The notes under the pieces: model-generated
Told to the model about the DNA's origin: nothing
Databases searched by the model: none
Seen by the model: the letters and a program-made list of their open reading frames with translations, nothing else
NCBI RefSeq assembly: GCF_018977255.1
Contig: NW_024704743.1
Location: 74,712,001 to 74,776,000, forward strand
Direction: 5' to 3'
From: Callorhinchus milii
Lineage: Eukaryota
Length of the DNA stretch: 64,000 nt
Program-made: the position numbers and the translations under genes
Shown here: piece after piece, positions 11,016-22,593 of the stretch
How positions within the stretch are numbered: the first letter of the stretch is position 1
Layout: the number at the start of each line of letters is the position of its first letter

Positions 11016-14000
11016 GGGAGCGGCGGCAGGAGAGCGCGGGGAGGAGCCTGGACCCAGGTACTTAAACTCGACGCCGGAGCGAGTGCAGCTAGGCAGCGAG
11101 GGGAGGGGACGGAGCGGGGAACTGCGACGTCATAGATTAGTTTTCAGGTGAGTGCGCGCGCACAAACAAACAAACAAACAAAAAAAAACCTCTGCGCCCC
11201 CCCCCCCCCCCCCCCCCAGGGCTCACATCAGAGCCCACTATGGTCCTGTTGGGTTCGATGCCCCAATCTGCGGGATAATGCCATCCACCTGACCGCTCGC
11301 TCCCGGTCCCCGCGTGCGCACTATGGCTGCCGCTTTGACCCGAGCCCCCTCACCCCCTCCCTCCCGCCCCCCTCCTCTCTCCCCCCAAACCCTCCCCCCT
11401 CTGCATCTCTCCCGCTCTCTCCTCCTCTCTCTCCGTCCCTCTCGTCTTCTATCCCCACTTGACCCTCCCACAACCTCCCTCTGCTCCAGCCTGGGAATCC
11501 TCCGCCGGGCTCACCGTGGCACTCGGCGTTGGCTGTCCAGCAGCAGCCACACCGACTGCCCCATTCCCCACCACTCTCGCCAGCCACCCCGGACACAGAC
11601 CCGGGGAGTCAACCTCTCCTCCCTCATCCCCATTCCCCCCACCCCTGCCTCACAACCTGGACCCCCCTCCCCTCCCACACACCCTTCTGTCAACCGCTCC
11701 CTCCACATCGGACTGCAAAATGTCCGCTCCCTCTGCAACAAGGCCCTGGTCATCAACGATCTCATCCTTGATGAGAACGTTGATATCATGGCCTTGACAG
11801 AAACGTGGCTCACCCCAGGCGACACCTTCCCCCTCACGGAGGCCACGCCACCCGGCTACACCTCCCACCACATCCCCCGCCCCAACCGCCGTGGCGGTGG
11901 TGTTGCCCTTATCTCAAGGACACCACTTGCCCTATCCCCCTACTCCTCTGGCTCTTTCCCCTCCTTCGAGCACCTCACCCTCTCCCACCCCTCATTCCTC
12001 TCCCTTAAAATCCTCCTCCTCTACCGGCCCCCTAAAACCTCTCCCACCTTCATCTCTGACATTTCAACACTCCTCACATCTCTTTGCCTCTCCTCTGATC
12101 GCCTCATCATCCTGGGCGACTTTAACCTACACTTCACCCCCTCCTGCTCCATCTCCACAGACTTCTCTTCCCTGCTCTCCTCACTCAACCTTTCCCTACA
12201 CATAAACTCCCCCACTCACAGTCACGGCCACCCACTCGATTTGGTGATCACCCGGGGCCTCAGTGTCTCGGATGTCACTATTACCGACAAGGCCATCTCC
12301 GACCACTACTTCATCTCCTTCACCACCTCCACCCCCCTCCCCACCTCCACCAGACCCACCACCATCTTCTACCGCCCTTGGAAGAAGTTACCCCCACAAT
12401 CCCTAACCGATGCCTTGGAGTCCTCTGAACTCCTCTCCCTCTGGCCTTCAACCCTCACCGACCCCTCTTCTCCTCTCTCCCTCCTCCACAATATCCTCTC
12501 CTCCACACTCGATACTCTTGCCCCCATCACTTCCCGCACTGTCTCCTACTCCCGCTCCTCCCCCTGGTACACCACCCACCTCCGCTCACTGAAATGCCAG
12601 GTGCGGGCTGCTGAGCGCACCTTTGTCAAATCTGGCCTAACGGTCCACCGACAAATCTGGCTGGACCTCCTCAAAATTTACCGCTCCACTCTAGCCTCGG
12701 CCAAGTCGTCCTTCTACTCCAGGATAATCCTGGAGGCGAAGAACAACCCCAGGCTACTGTTTTCCACCACATCCCGACTCCTCCGTCCCCCCCGCCACCC
12801 CGCGCAGGTCATCTCCTCCAACCTTCACTGCGAGGAGATGCTGGATTTCCTTGAATCCAAGATCAAGGGAATCCGCTCCGCGGTCACTTCCCCTCCAACT
12901 TCCACCCACCACCCACCCCTTCCCTCCCACACTCCGACTCCTACCCATCCTCCCCTACACACCTTCGTACCCGTTTCCCCACCCTCTGTCACTGAACTCA
13001 TCCTATCCCTAAAACCAACCACCTGCTCCCTTGACCCCATCCCCACTCCACTCCTTATCTCCCAGCTCCATTTTCTTGCCCCACACATCACTGACATCAT
13101 AAACCTGTCCCTCTCCTCTGGCTCTGTCCCCATTCCATTAAAAACTGCCATCATCACGCCCACCCTGAAAAAACCCTCCCTTGATGCGTCGCAGCTATCA
13201 AGCTACCGGCCCATCTCCAACCTCCCCTTTCTCTCCAAGGTCTTGGAAAGAGTTGTCGCCTCCCAACTGCGCTCTTTCCTCTCCACCCATTCTCTTTTTG
13301 AACCCCTTCAGTCAGGTTTCCGTGCTGCTCATAGCACAGAAACTGCCCTGGTCAAGGTCACCAATGATATCCTGACCATCTGTGACCAGGGCTCCCTCTG
13401 TCTCCTCGTCCTCCTCGACCTATCGGCAGCATTCGATACGGTCGACCACGCTATCCTACTCCACCGCTTGTCCTCCCACCTCAACCTTCAAGGCACTGTC
13501 CTTGAATGGTTTAGCTCTTACCTTTCCCACCGTCTTCACTTCGTCTCAACGAATGGCTTCTCCTCCACCCCCCGTACTGTCTCATGTGGTGTCCCTCAGG
13601 GCTCTGTCCTCGGTCCCCTCCTCTTCACCCTCTATATGCTCCCCCTTGGTGACATCATCCGCAAACATGGGGTTAACTTCCACATGTATGCGGATGACAC
13701 CCAACTCTACCTTTCCTCCTCTACTCTCAACTCCACGACCACCGATGTCCTGACAGCCTGCCTGTCCGACATCGAGTCCTGGACGAGAGACAACTTTCTT
13801 CAGCTCAACGTGCGAAAAACCGAGGCCCTCCTGATTGGCTCACGTCAGCGCCTCCGCACCTCAGGCGCTGACACCATCAGCATCCAAGGCTGCACTCTCC
13901 ACCTCTCAAAGCCAGTCAGGAACCTCGGCGTTTTGTTCGACCCTGAGCTGTCCTTTCTCCCTCACATCCGCACCACAACTGGCACCGCCTTCCATCACCT

Positions 14001-14734
14001 CCGGAATATCGCCAGATTACGGCACTACCTCACCCCTCACGCTGCTGAAACCCTGGTTCACGCCTTTGTCACCTCAAGGCTGGACTATGGGAACTCTCTC
14101 CTCGCCGGCCTTCCCGCCACCTCCCTCCACAAGCTGCAGGTCATTCAGAACTCTGCAGCTCGTGTACTGTCCCGCACCAGGCTTCGCGACCACATCACTC
14201 CCACCCTCGCTCGCCTCCACTGGCTCCCCATCCCCCAGAGGATTGATTTCAAGATCCTCATCCTCACCTACAAGGCCATTCACGGCCTTGCTCCCTCCTA
14301 CCTCTCCAACCTACTATCCCCCTACCTACCTGCCCGTACCCTCCGTTCCTCTGGCTCCGGTCTGCTCCACGTCCCCCGCCCCAACCGCCCTACCATCGGT
14401 GGTCGGGCCTTCAGCCTCTCAGCCCCCAGGCTCTGGAACTCCATCCCCCAGTGCCTTCGCCCTGCTTCCTCCCTTTCCTCCTTCAAGGCCGGTCTCAAAA
14501 CCTTTCTCTTTGACCGTGCCTTCAGCTCCCCTCTCGACTCTCTTCCTCCTCCTCGCTCCCTCCCTTCCCTCCCCTCACCCTGACCATTTCCCCCCTCCTC
14601 TCTCCCTCCCTTCCCTCCCCTCACCCTGACCATTTCCCCCCTGCTCGGGTCATGACCCAACTGTGCAGCGCCTTGGGACGTCCTCCTGACGTGAAAGGCG
14701 CTCTATAAATGGAATCTTGTTGTTGTTGTTGTTG
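11016..14734 (+). mobile_element. Full-length single-ORF L2-clade LINE
   Basis: GC-rich ~300-nt 5'UTR, intact ORF, 3' stem-loop (gcgccttgggacgtcctcctgacgtgaaaggcgc) and (TTG)n tail. TSD tagtg at 11000-11004 and 14735-14739; empty paralogous site at 2615-2619. Confidence 0.93.
11323..14583 (+). CDS. L2 APE-endonuclease/reverse transcriptase (~1086 aa), uninterrupted
   Basis: APE motifs QNVRSL, ALTETWL, GGGVAL, YRPP, GDFNLH, LDL, SDHY. RT motifs [42 protein letters not shown]2-type C-terminus PRLWNSIP...LKTFLF. Confidence 0.95.
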   Translation: MAAALTRAPSPPPSRPPPLSPQTLPPLHLSRSLLLSLRPSRLLSPLDPPTTSLCSSLGILRRAHRGTRRWLSSSSHTDCPIPHHSRQPPRTQTRGVNLSSLIPIPPTPASQPGPPSPPTHPSVNRSLHIGLQNVRSLCNKALVINDLILDENVDIMALTETWLTPGDTFPLTEATPPGYTSHHIPRPNRRGGGVALISRTPLALSPYSSGSFPSFEHLTLSHPSFLSLKILLLYRPPKTSPTFISDISTLLTSLCLSSDRLIILGDFNLHFTPSCSISTDFSSLLSSLNLSLHINSPTHSHGHPLDLVITRGLSVSDVTITDKAISDHYFISFTTSTPLPTSTRPTTIFYRPWKKLPPQSLTDALESSELLSLWPSTLTDPSSPLSLLHNILSSTLDTLAPITSRTVSYSRSSPWYTTHLRSLKCQVRAAERTFVKSGLTVHRQIWLDLLKIYRSTLASAKSSFYSRIILEAKNNPRLLFSTTSRLLRPPRHPAQVISSNLHCEEMLDFLESKIKGIRSAVTSPPTSTHHPPLPSHTPTPTHPPLHTFVPVSPPSVTELILSLKPTTCSLDPIPTPLLISQLHFLAPHITDIINLSLSSGSVPIPLKTAIITPTLKKPSLDASQLSSYRPISNLPFLSKVLERVVASQLRSFLSTHSLFEPLQSGFRAAHSTETALVKVTNDILTICDQGSLCLLVLLDLSAAFDTVDHAILLHRLSSHLNLQGTVLEWFSSYLSHRLHFVSTNGFSSTPRTVSCGVPQGSVLGPLLFTLYMLPLGDIIRKHGVNFHMYADDTQLYLSSSTLNSTTTDVLTACLSDIESWTRDNFLQLNVRKTEALLIGSRQRLRTSGADTISIQGCTLHLSKPVRNLGVLFDPELSFLPHIRTTTGTAFHHLRNIARLRHYLTPHAAETLVHAFVTSRLDYGNSLLAGLPATSLHKLQVIQNSAARVLSRTRLRDHITPTLARLHWLPIPQRIDFKILILTYKAIHGLAPSYLSNLLSPYLPARTLRSSGSGLLHVPRPNRPTIGGRAFSLSAPRLWNSIPQCLRPASSLSSFKAGLKTFLFDRAFSSPLDSLPPPRSLPSLPSP

Positions 14735-15646
14735 TAGTGGCCATGTGGTGTTTTACATCTTCTTGTGCAGGGAAATCCCTTACAAATCAGTGGCGCTTGA
14801 TTCAAACTGAATAGTTCGAAGATTGAATCAAAAAAGAATGGCACCTGATTAGAATTTCTGTCTAACCACCTCAGCGGACTTGTGTCCACAAGGGTAGGAT
14901 ACCAGTACCTAGCACGGGAAAGTCAAACGGATATATTAATGGGGAGTTCTGTAACAATATAATGATTATCTTTGCATTTGATATAGCAATTTATCACAAC
15001 ATCAAGATGTCTTAAAGTGCTTGATACTATTTTGTGCCCAGCAATAGCGACTGAGGTAGATTTGGGAAGATCTTGAATCTTCAAAAAAGATTCAAAAAAG
15101 TTGCTAGAAAGATTGACAAAGGTTCAACAAAGTTGTCAGAGGATTCTACCGATTGATTTTCTCTTAAACACATCGATGCTATTTGTTTCAATCACAGCTT
15201 CCAGTACGACATTCCTCCTGAACTCCCTATTAGATTTACTATTGGCTAAATTGTATTTATGCCCTCTAATTTTGGACTCACCAACAAGTGGAAAAGGCTA
15301 TCAACATTTACCTTATTGAATCCTTCCATAATCTTAAACACTTCTTTCAGGTCCCCTCCCAATTGGCTCAACTCTAAAGAGAAAAGTTGTAACCTGTCCA
15401 ATATGCTCCCCCTGTTCGATATTATCCATAGGGTTCACTTCCAATTTTATCTGCCTCTATCCTCGATCCCAGGGCCACTGCTGTTCTCACCAATTGCCTG
15501 TTAGACATCCAATTTCTTCAATTGAACATTGACAAGACAGACATAGGCTCTACTGCTTAGCTCCAGTGCAGAGGATGATCCCCAGTGTTAGAGGAATGAC
15601 TAGACATGCTTACGGTCTTCAGTTTTGAGAGGACATCTCAGATGTC

Positions 15647-15981
15647 ATAATAATAATCCTTGCATTTGATATAGCACTTTTCACGTCTTCTAGATGTCTC
15701 AGGGTGCTTCACAGAATATACTGTGAAGTGAATTGACTGCATATTTTGTGGGCGAAACACAGCAGCCAATTGCGCACAACAGTGTCCCACAAACAGTCGT
15801 GGATTGAAAATGACCAATTTATTGTTTTTTTTTTAAAACAAATTATTGTTTTGTTTTGGAGGGATTATTATAAGGCGTGTGGAGTAAGGAAACTTGCCCA
15901 AGGTTTCGCCCTCTGCCTGGAATTGAACCCAGGTGTCTCGCTTGCAAGGTGAGTGCTCTAACCACTGAGCTACAGGACTCC
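15647..15981 (-). mobile_element. tRNA-Ala SINE
   Basis: Full-length reverse copy. Confidence 0.9.
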
Positions 15982-16364
15982 ACATGCCTAATGGCAGATA
16001 GCAGGCAGATAGCACAGCAGATAGCAGGAAGTAGATCTGTACCCAGGGGTTAATTAACAACTGGAACAGTTACCAGGGAGGGTGATTGAGGCCAGTTTAC
16101 TGGACTCATTTAAAAAAAACAGTTTGACACTGTGATGGGAGGAGAATAGGGTGGGTATTCTGGAAGGTTGAGATCAAATAGGCCAAAGGGCTTTCTTCAT
16201 CCAAACCAATCGGTGATACTGTGAAAGCTCTGGAGGTCAGATTAAGCAAATCTTTATCCACAGCGTCCAACAACTGCACACACAGCAGTATTGACAGCCA
16301 TCGAGCCAGTTACATACCCTGAGGGAAAGGTAATCTGGCAGAAGGGTAATCTAGAAAGACCAAA

Positions 16365-18367
16365 TCCAAACTAACGGTCCATCGGCAGATGTGGCTTCAC
16401 CACACCAAGACCTACCACTGCACTCTTGGCTCTGCCAAATCCTCCTTCTACTCCAAGGTTATCTTGAAGGCAAAGGACAACCCCAGGCTTCTCTTTTCCA
16501 CCATAAACCGTCTCCTCCGTCCACCTTCCCATACCTCGCCCATCCTCTCCTCAAACTCCAACTGTGAGGAGATGCTGGACTTCCTTGAATCCAAAATCGA
16601 AGGGATACGTTCAGCCACCTCAGACCTGTCCACTGCCACCCCCACATCACCTCTTCCTCATGACCCACCCCCCACCCATCCCCTTCTATACTCCTGCGAC
16701 CCTATCTCTCCCTCCTCCCTCACCACAACTGTCCGCAAACTCAAACCCACCACCTGTTCCCTCGATCCCATGCCCAACTCTCTCTTCATCTCCCTGCTCC
16801 ACCTTCTGGCCCCTCTCCTGTCCAACATCATCAACCTCTCCTTGTCCACTGGTTCAGTTCCCACCCCCTTTAAAACAGCCATCATCACACCCATCTTGAA
16901 AACACCTTCCCTGGACCCATCCTTTCTCTCCAGCTACCGCCCCATCTCTAACCTTCCATTCCTCTCCAAGGTCCTGGAACGAGTTGTTGAGTTGTTGTGT
17001 CCCAGCTCCGCTCCTTTCTCTCTCGCCATTCCCTCTTTGAACCCCTCCAATCCGATTTCCACGCTACCCACAGCACGGAAACAGCCCGGGTCAAAGTCAC
17101 TAATGACATTCTGAACATCTGTCATCAGGGCTCCCTCTGCCGCCTTGTCCTCCTCGACCTCTCTGCTGCCTTCGACACTGTCGACCACTCCATCCTCATA
17201 CACCACCTCTCCTCTTTATTTAATCTTTGCGGACCTGCCCTCGATTCCTATCTCTCTCACCATCTCTACTTTGTTGCCTCTAACAGTTTCTCCTCCAGCC
17301 CTCGCACTATCACGTCTGGCGTCCCCCAGGGCTCTGTCCTTGGCCCTCTCCTCTTTAATATCTACATGCTCCCCCTTGGTGACATCATCCGCAGACATGG
17401 GGTCAACATACATTTGTTTGCGAATGACACCCAACTCTATCTTTCTGCCTCCACCCTCAACCCCAGGACCACTGCTGTCCTGACAGACTGCCTGTCGGAC
17501 ATCAAGTCCTGAATGAGGGCAAATTTCCTACAGTTGAATGTGAACAAAACTGAGGCCCTCCTGATTGGCTCACGCCAGCGCCTCAGCACCTCAGGCTCTG
17601 GCAACATCAACCTCCATGGTTGCACACTTCAATTCACCGCCAGTCAGGAACCTCGGTGTCTTGTTCGACCCTCAACTGCTTTTCTTACCCACATCTAAAC
17701 CATGACCTGCTCTGCCTTCCCTCACCTCCGTAACATCGCCCGACTCCGCCACTACCTCACCCCTCAGGCCACTGAAACTCTTGTTCATGCCTTCATCACC
17801 CCTAGACTCGACTATGCAAACACCCTGCTTGTCGGCCTTCCCAACTCCTCCCTCCACAGACTGCAGATAATCCAGAACTCTGCAGCCCATATCCTCTCCC
17901 GCACTAAACTCCGTGACCCCATCTCCCCCATTCTTGCCCGATTCCATTGGCTCCCTATCCTTCAGAGGATCCATTCAAGATCCTGGTCGTCACCTACAAA
18001 GCCCTCCATGGCCTCGCCCCACCTTACCTCGGTGACCTCCTAACCCCCTACCAACCCTCCCGTTCCCTCCGCTCAGTCGGCTCTGGCCTTCTCTACGTCC
18101 CCTGACCCACCGCCCCACCATTGGCGGGAGAGCCTTCAGCCACTCTGCCCCCAACCTCTGGAATTCCAGCCCTCAATCACTCCCCCTCGCCCCCTCCTTA
18201 GCCTCTTTCAAGTCCCGCCTCAAGACCCTCCTCTTGGACCATGCCATTGGCCACCCCCCTTCTGCTCCCCTCAGTTCTGGTCTGAAATGCTGTACACTGT
18301 CCAGCGCCTGAGATGTCCTCCCGACGTGAAAGGCGCTATACAAATGTAATCTTGTTGTATCTTGTTG
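16365..18367 (+). mobile_element. 5'-truncated, frameshifted L2 copy
   Basis: Overlapping ORF pieces homologous to the full-length L2 RT ([24 protein letters not shown]), followed by the 3' stem-loop and ttg tail. Confidence 0.9.
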
Positions 18368-18459
18368 TAATCTAACTATAGAGGAGAATAAAATACCAAC
18401 TGGAAAACAAGAGTTACTTTGCCACCTCCAGTACCAACTCCAGGTCCACCAATGTTCTA

Positions 18460-19225
18460 TCAACTTGTCTGGAAGACATCAGGGCCTGGATGAGTGCATA
18501 CTTCCTGCAGCTGAATATGGACAAGATGGAAGCCATACTCCTTGGATCCTGTCAAAGTCTTCACTCCTGTAGATCTGAACTCCTCAACCTCCCCGGGCTC
18601 TCCCTCAGACTCACTGAACCAGTGGGTCAACTAGGCTTGTGGTTCGATCCCCAATTGTCCTTCCTCCCACACATTTGGTTCCTGACCAGGACTGCCTTCT
18701 TCAACCTCCGCCACATTGCCCGCCTCCAACGGTACCTTACCCCAAATGCAGCTGAAACCCTAGTCCATGCGTTCGGCAGCTCCCATCTGGATTACTCCAA
18801 CACACTCCTCGCCGGTCTCTTCAGCTCCACTATTCAAAAGATCCTGCTCATTCAGAACTCTGCTGCCTTCATACATACCTGGACGAAACTCCGTACCCCC
18901 ATCTCACCAGTTCTGACCAGGCTCCGCTGGCTCCCCATCACTGAATGGATCGACTTCAAGATTCTCACACTCGTGTTCAAATCACTTCACACTCTGGCAC
19001 CTCACTACTTCCTCACTCCCCAATCCATCACCTGGCGCTTCCGTTCAACTGGCACCGGCCTCCTGTTCGTCCCTCGCATCCTCCGCCCCACCATTGGAGG
19101 TTGCGCTTTCAGCCACTGTGCCACAAAATTCTGGAACACTCTCCCTCAATCCCTCCACCTTGCCCCCTCTCTCACCTTTTTCAAGTCCCACCGGAAAACC
19201 TTTCTCTTTAACCATGCTTTGGTCA
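18460..19225 (+). mobile_element. Diverged L2 3' fragment
   Basis: 258-aa ORF homologous to the L2 C-terminus (FLQLN..K.EAIL, HLDYSN, KFWNTLP). Confidence 0.85.
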
Positions 19226-20930
19226 ATTTTCAGGTGAGGAATTTGAAATGGCGTCTTTGTGCCTGAAGCAGCAGAACCTTCGCCTCGCGAGTCGCTCACC
19301 ACCATACATTCGTCTACCTGTGGCCTCGGCGGTATCTCACACCCGTTATACAGGCGGGAGATTTGAAATTTCTCGCCCCGCCTGTGCTTGCCCGCAGTCC
19401 ACCTCGCCCGGCTTTCGGTGGCCAAAACCTTCAACCTTTGGTTTACTGTGGTTTCCAGAGGCCCCCGCCGCTCACTGACTCTCGACTCTCAAAGGACTTC
19501 CCAGAATATATTGGAAGGTGAATTGACTCTATATTTTGTGTCGATGGGCACAAGGCACTACCCACAAATCCAGGAAATCAGATTTGACTGAGTGTCATCC
19601 CTTTCTAAATCCCTGAAAAGCTTTAAAATTGTTTTGTTGACAGCTATTATCTAGAGAAAGATAGACACGTGGGGTATAAGGGTATTAGGGATATGAAGAA
19701 AAGGTGAGGAAATGGGATTAGCTCCAGTACCAGTAGAGCTGCTGGCAATTCAACAAGTTGTATTTATATAGCGCTCTCCACGCCGGGCCATGTCCCAGAG
19801 CGCTTAGTGAACCTGAAATGAACAATTTATGGTGTGTGTTTTCCCTTGGATAGAGAAGCAAAGAAAGGGGCTTGCTGTTACATCACTTACCCTTAGCTTT
19901 TACTACAAGTTCAATGGGTTAAGTAGCCGCCTTCTGTGCTGTGATTTCAAGGACTATAAAATTGATTAGGGCACTTTGCGTTGGACAGCTGCCTGAAGCA
20001 CACGCATTGGGACAGACCCAATCCATCCCGATAGCCCCCAGTGAAAGCAGTGCTTTGGGAACAAAATTGGTAGAAATCAGCATAAATGAATGAGATTCAT
20101 ATTGGGTTAGATTGGTATTCTACGCATTTGCGCAAGGCAAGGCCTAAGAAATGAGGCACCTCCATCAAGGTTTAAGAAACCCTGTGAAACACAGAGATTC
20201 TTATGTGAAAGGCACCATATGAATGCAAAGATTATTATCTGTATTGTTATTATTAACACTGGTTAGTAGGTTTTGTAACGCACAAATATTGACTTTTGAT
20301 TTTTGTGTTTCCTGAAGATACATCAATGCTCAAAATAATCAAGCTGACAGTTGGTAACACAAATGTTTGAATGTAATTCAAACAGAAAATGCATTTTTAA
20401 AGATATCGACATGTATGGGATGTTCGTAAGCAGTCGTAAGTAAAAGGACTAGAAAAAGCACCTTATTTTACTGCATATACGTGAATTTTATTGCATCTCC
20501 ATTGCAATGCTGTTGTTAACGAGCATAACAATTTTTTTGGTTACATTAAAAAAGCAACAAACAAAATATCAACAAATATGATTAGAAGGTTCATTATACA
20601 GTCAAATATATAGTATTCTATCAGCCTCAAGTGGTAGCAGTCTCGCTCCTAAAATCAGAAGGTTGTGGGTTAAAGCCCCAAGTCAAGTCTTTGAATTCCC
20701 AGTTTAGACTGATGCTGCAGTGCATTGTTGGAGAAGTGCTGTATTGTTGGATGAGACATTAAATGCCTAAACTTGTTTAGGGGGGTTTAAAGATCCCTAT
20801 GGCATTCTTTGAGAAAAAAGGGGAGTTTCTCCTTGTGTATGGCCATCAATCCTCCAATAAAAGTGATCACTTACTTCACGGTTGTTTGTAGGCCATGGCT
20901 GTGAGCAAATTGGTTGCCACATTCATCTAC

Positions 20931-21388
20931 AACAACAACAACAAGATTCCATTTATAGAGCGCCTTTCACGTCGGGAGGACGTCCCAAGGCGCTGTACAG
21001 TTGGGTCAGGACCCGAGCAGGGGGGAAATGGTCAGGGTGAGGGGAGGGAAGGGAGGGAGCAAGGAGGGGGTAGAGAGTCGAGAGGGGAGCTGAAGGCTCG
21101 GTCAAAGAGAAAGGTCTTGAGACCGGCCTTGAAGGAGGAAAGGGAGGAAACGGCGAAGGCACTGGGGGATAGAGTTCCAGAGCCTCGGGGCTGAGAGGCT
21201 GAAGGCCCGGCCACCGATGGTAGGGCGGTTGGGGCGGGGGATGTGGAGCAGACCGGAGCCAGAAGAACGGAGGGTACGGGCAGGTAAGTAATAATAATAA
21301 TAATAATAATCCTTGCATTTGATATAGCGCTTTTCACGTCGGGAGCACATAGTAGGTCAGAGAGGTAGGAGGGAGCAAGGCCGTGAAT
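20931..21388 (-). mobile_element. Young L2 3' fragment containing a SINE tail, inserted in a Deu-type SINE
   Basis: Nearly identical to the 3' ~450 nt of the full-length L2, with an (AAC)n tail on +; interrupted at 21289-21345. Confidence 0.9.
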
Positions 21389-21531
21389 ATGCACAATCAC
21401 TACATTTTACAGTAAAATCCTGTGAAGCACTTTGAGATGTTATCCTAACATGAAAGACTAAATCAGATGCAAGGATAAAGCACGAAAAGTAATACAATTC
21501 TCAAGCATGCCTTTTTTAAAAAAAATTGACC

Positions 21532-22593
21532 CTACCAGTTATTGGTTATGTCATTGCCCGTAGAGCCATCTGAGTAATCCATATTGTGTGCCTTAATGAC
21601 AGGTGTCTGCTGTTTATAATTCCCAACACGTGGGAAGCATTTGTGTGTTAAGTTAATTAGATGCCCTCTAAATTTTGCACCAATAAAAGCATAAAACAAA
21701 GGATTTAGACAACAGTGGAAATAGGCTATATTGAGGGTGAAGAAGTCAGCATATTCAATCTGATTGATTACTTCACATGTTTTAAAAATTCTTAGGTCCT
21801 TCAAAGCTGTCAGAAAAATCACAACATTATACGGTGCCCAACATAAGAAAAAAACCACTACAATAATAAATATAAGTTTCACCGTTCTGTATTTTTGCAT
21901 TGTTCTGCACTTTATTAAAGTCTGAATTATCCTCAAGTAGCAGTAAACAATGATAGCAAATGGAATGACAAAGAAGAGCACATTTTGCAGAAAGTATCTC
22001 AATAGTTTCCAAGGAAGCGCTGTTTCTTTTGGATAGATATAATCACAAGTGGATTCTTCTGTAAGAGTGGAAAAGATAGCATGGGGCAATGTTGCTAATA
22101 TACTGGATCCCCAAACAATGACACTGGTTATTGCAGCATAGCGCACCTTTCTGGATCTTAGAGCAGATACAGCATGAACCACCGCAAGGTATCTGTCAAA
22201 GGTCATCAGTGTCAGGAACATTATACCACTGTAAAACCCTGTGTAAAACATTGCACACACCACTTTGCACATTATGTCTCCAAAGATCCAACCCGTTAAA
22301 TGGTGCATTGTCCAGAAAGGAAGACAGAAAGCAGAAAGTAAATCCGAAACTGCCAGATTAAGAATGAATATATTTGTTATGGATCTTAGATATTCATATT
22401 TCACCAAGACGCACAAAACCAATCCATTGCCCAACAGACTGAAAAGTAATAGCAGTACATAGAAGGCAGGCATGAAGGTTTTTGCAAAGTTGTTGATGCT
22501 ATCTTTGTTGCAAATCCCTGAATCCTCAGGATAGTCATAGCTTGTATTGTATTCATCACTGTAGTCTGCCATTTCAGTGCTCATCATAGTCAT
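21532..22593 (-). CDS. XCR1: XCR1-like chemokine receptor, copy B, intact (353 aa from the first ATG)
   Basis: Single-exon 7TM ORF with VKYEYLRSITNIFILNLAVSDL, GWIFGDIMCK, TFDRYL, CWAPYN and NIAYFHCCLNPLFY. First true ATG is at 22593 (the track start is TTG), preceded by pyrimidine-rich AG acceptor-like sequence. Confidence 0.88.
   Translation of the reverse strand: MTMMSTEMADYSDEYNTSYDYPEDSGICNKDSINNFAKTFMPAFYVLLLLFSLLGNGLVLCVLVKYEYLRSITNIFILNLAVSDLLSAFCLPFWTMHHLTGWIFGDIMCKVVCAMFYTGFYSGIMFLTLMTFDRYLAVVHAVSALRSRKVRYAAITSVIVWGSSILATLPHAIFSTLTEESTCDYIYPKETALPWKLLRYFLQNVLFFVIPFAIIVYCYLRIIQTLIKCRTMQKYRTVKLIFIIVVVFFLCWAPYNVVIFLTALKDLRIFKTCEVINQIEYADFFTLNIAYFHCCLNPLFYAFIGAKFRGHLINLTHKCFPRVGNYKQQTPVIKAHNMDYSDGSTGNDITNNW

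Noticed and set aside
19230..19480. CpG-rich stretch with a small palindrome (caggcggg...cccgcctg)
   Set aside because: Probably a decayed transposon piece; no termini, TSD or second copy to support a call.
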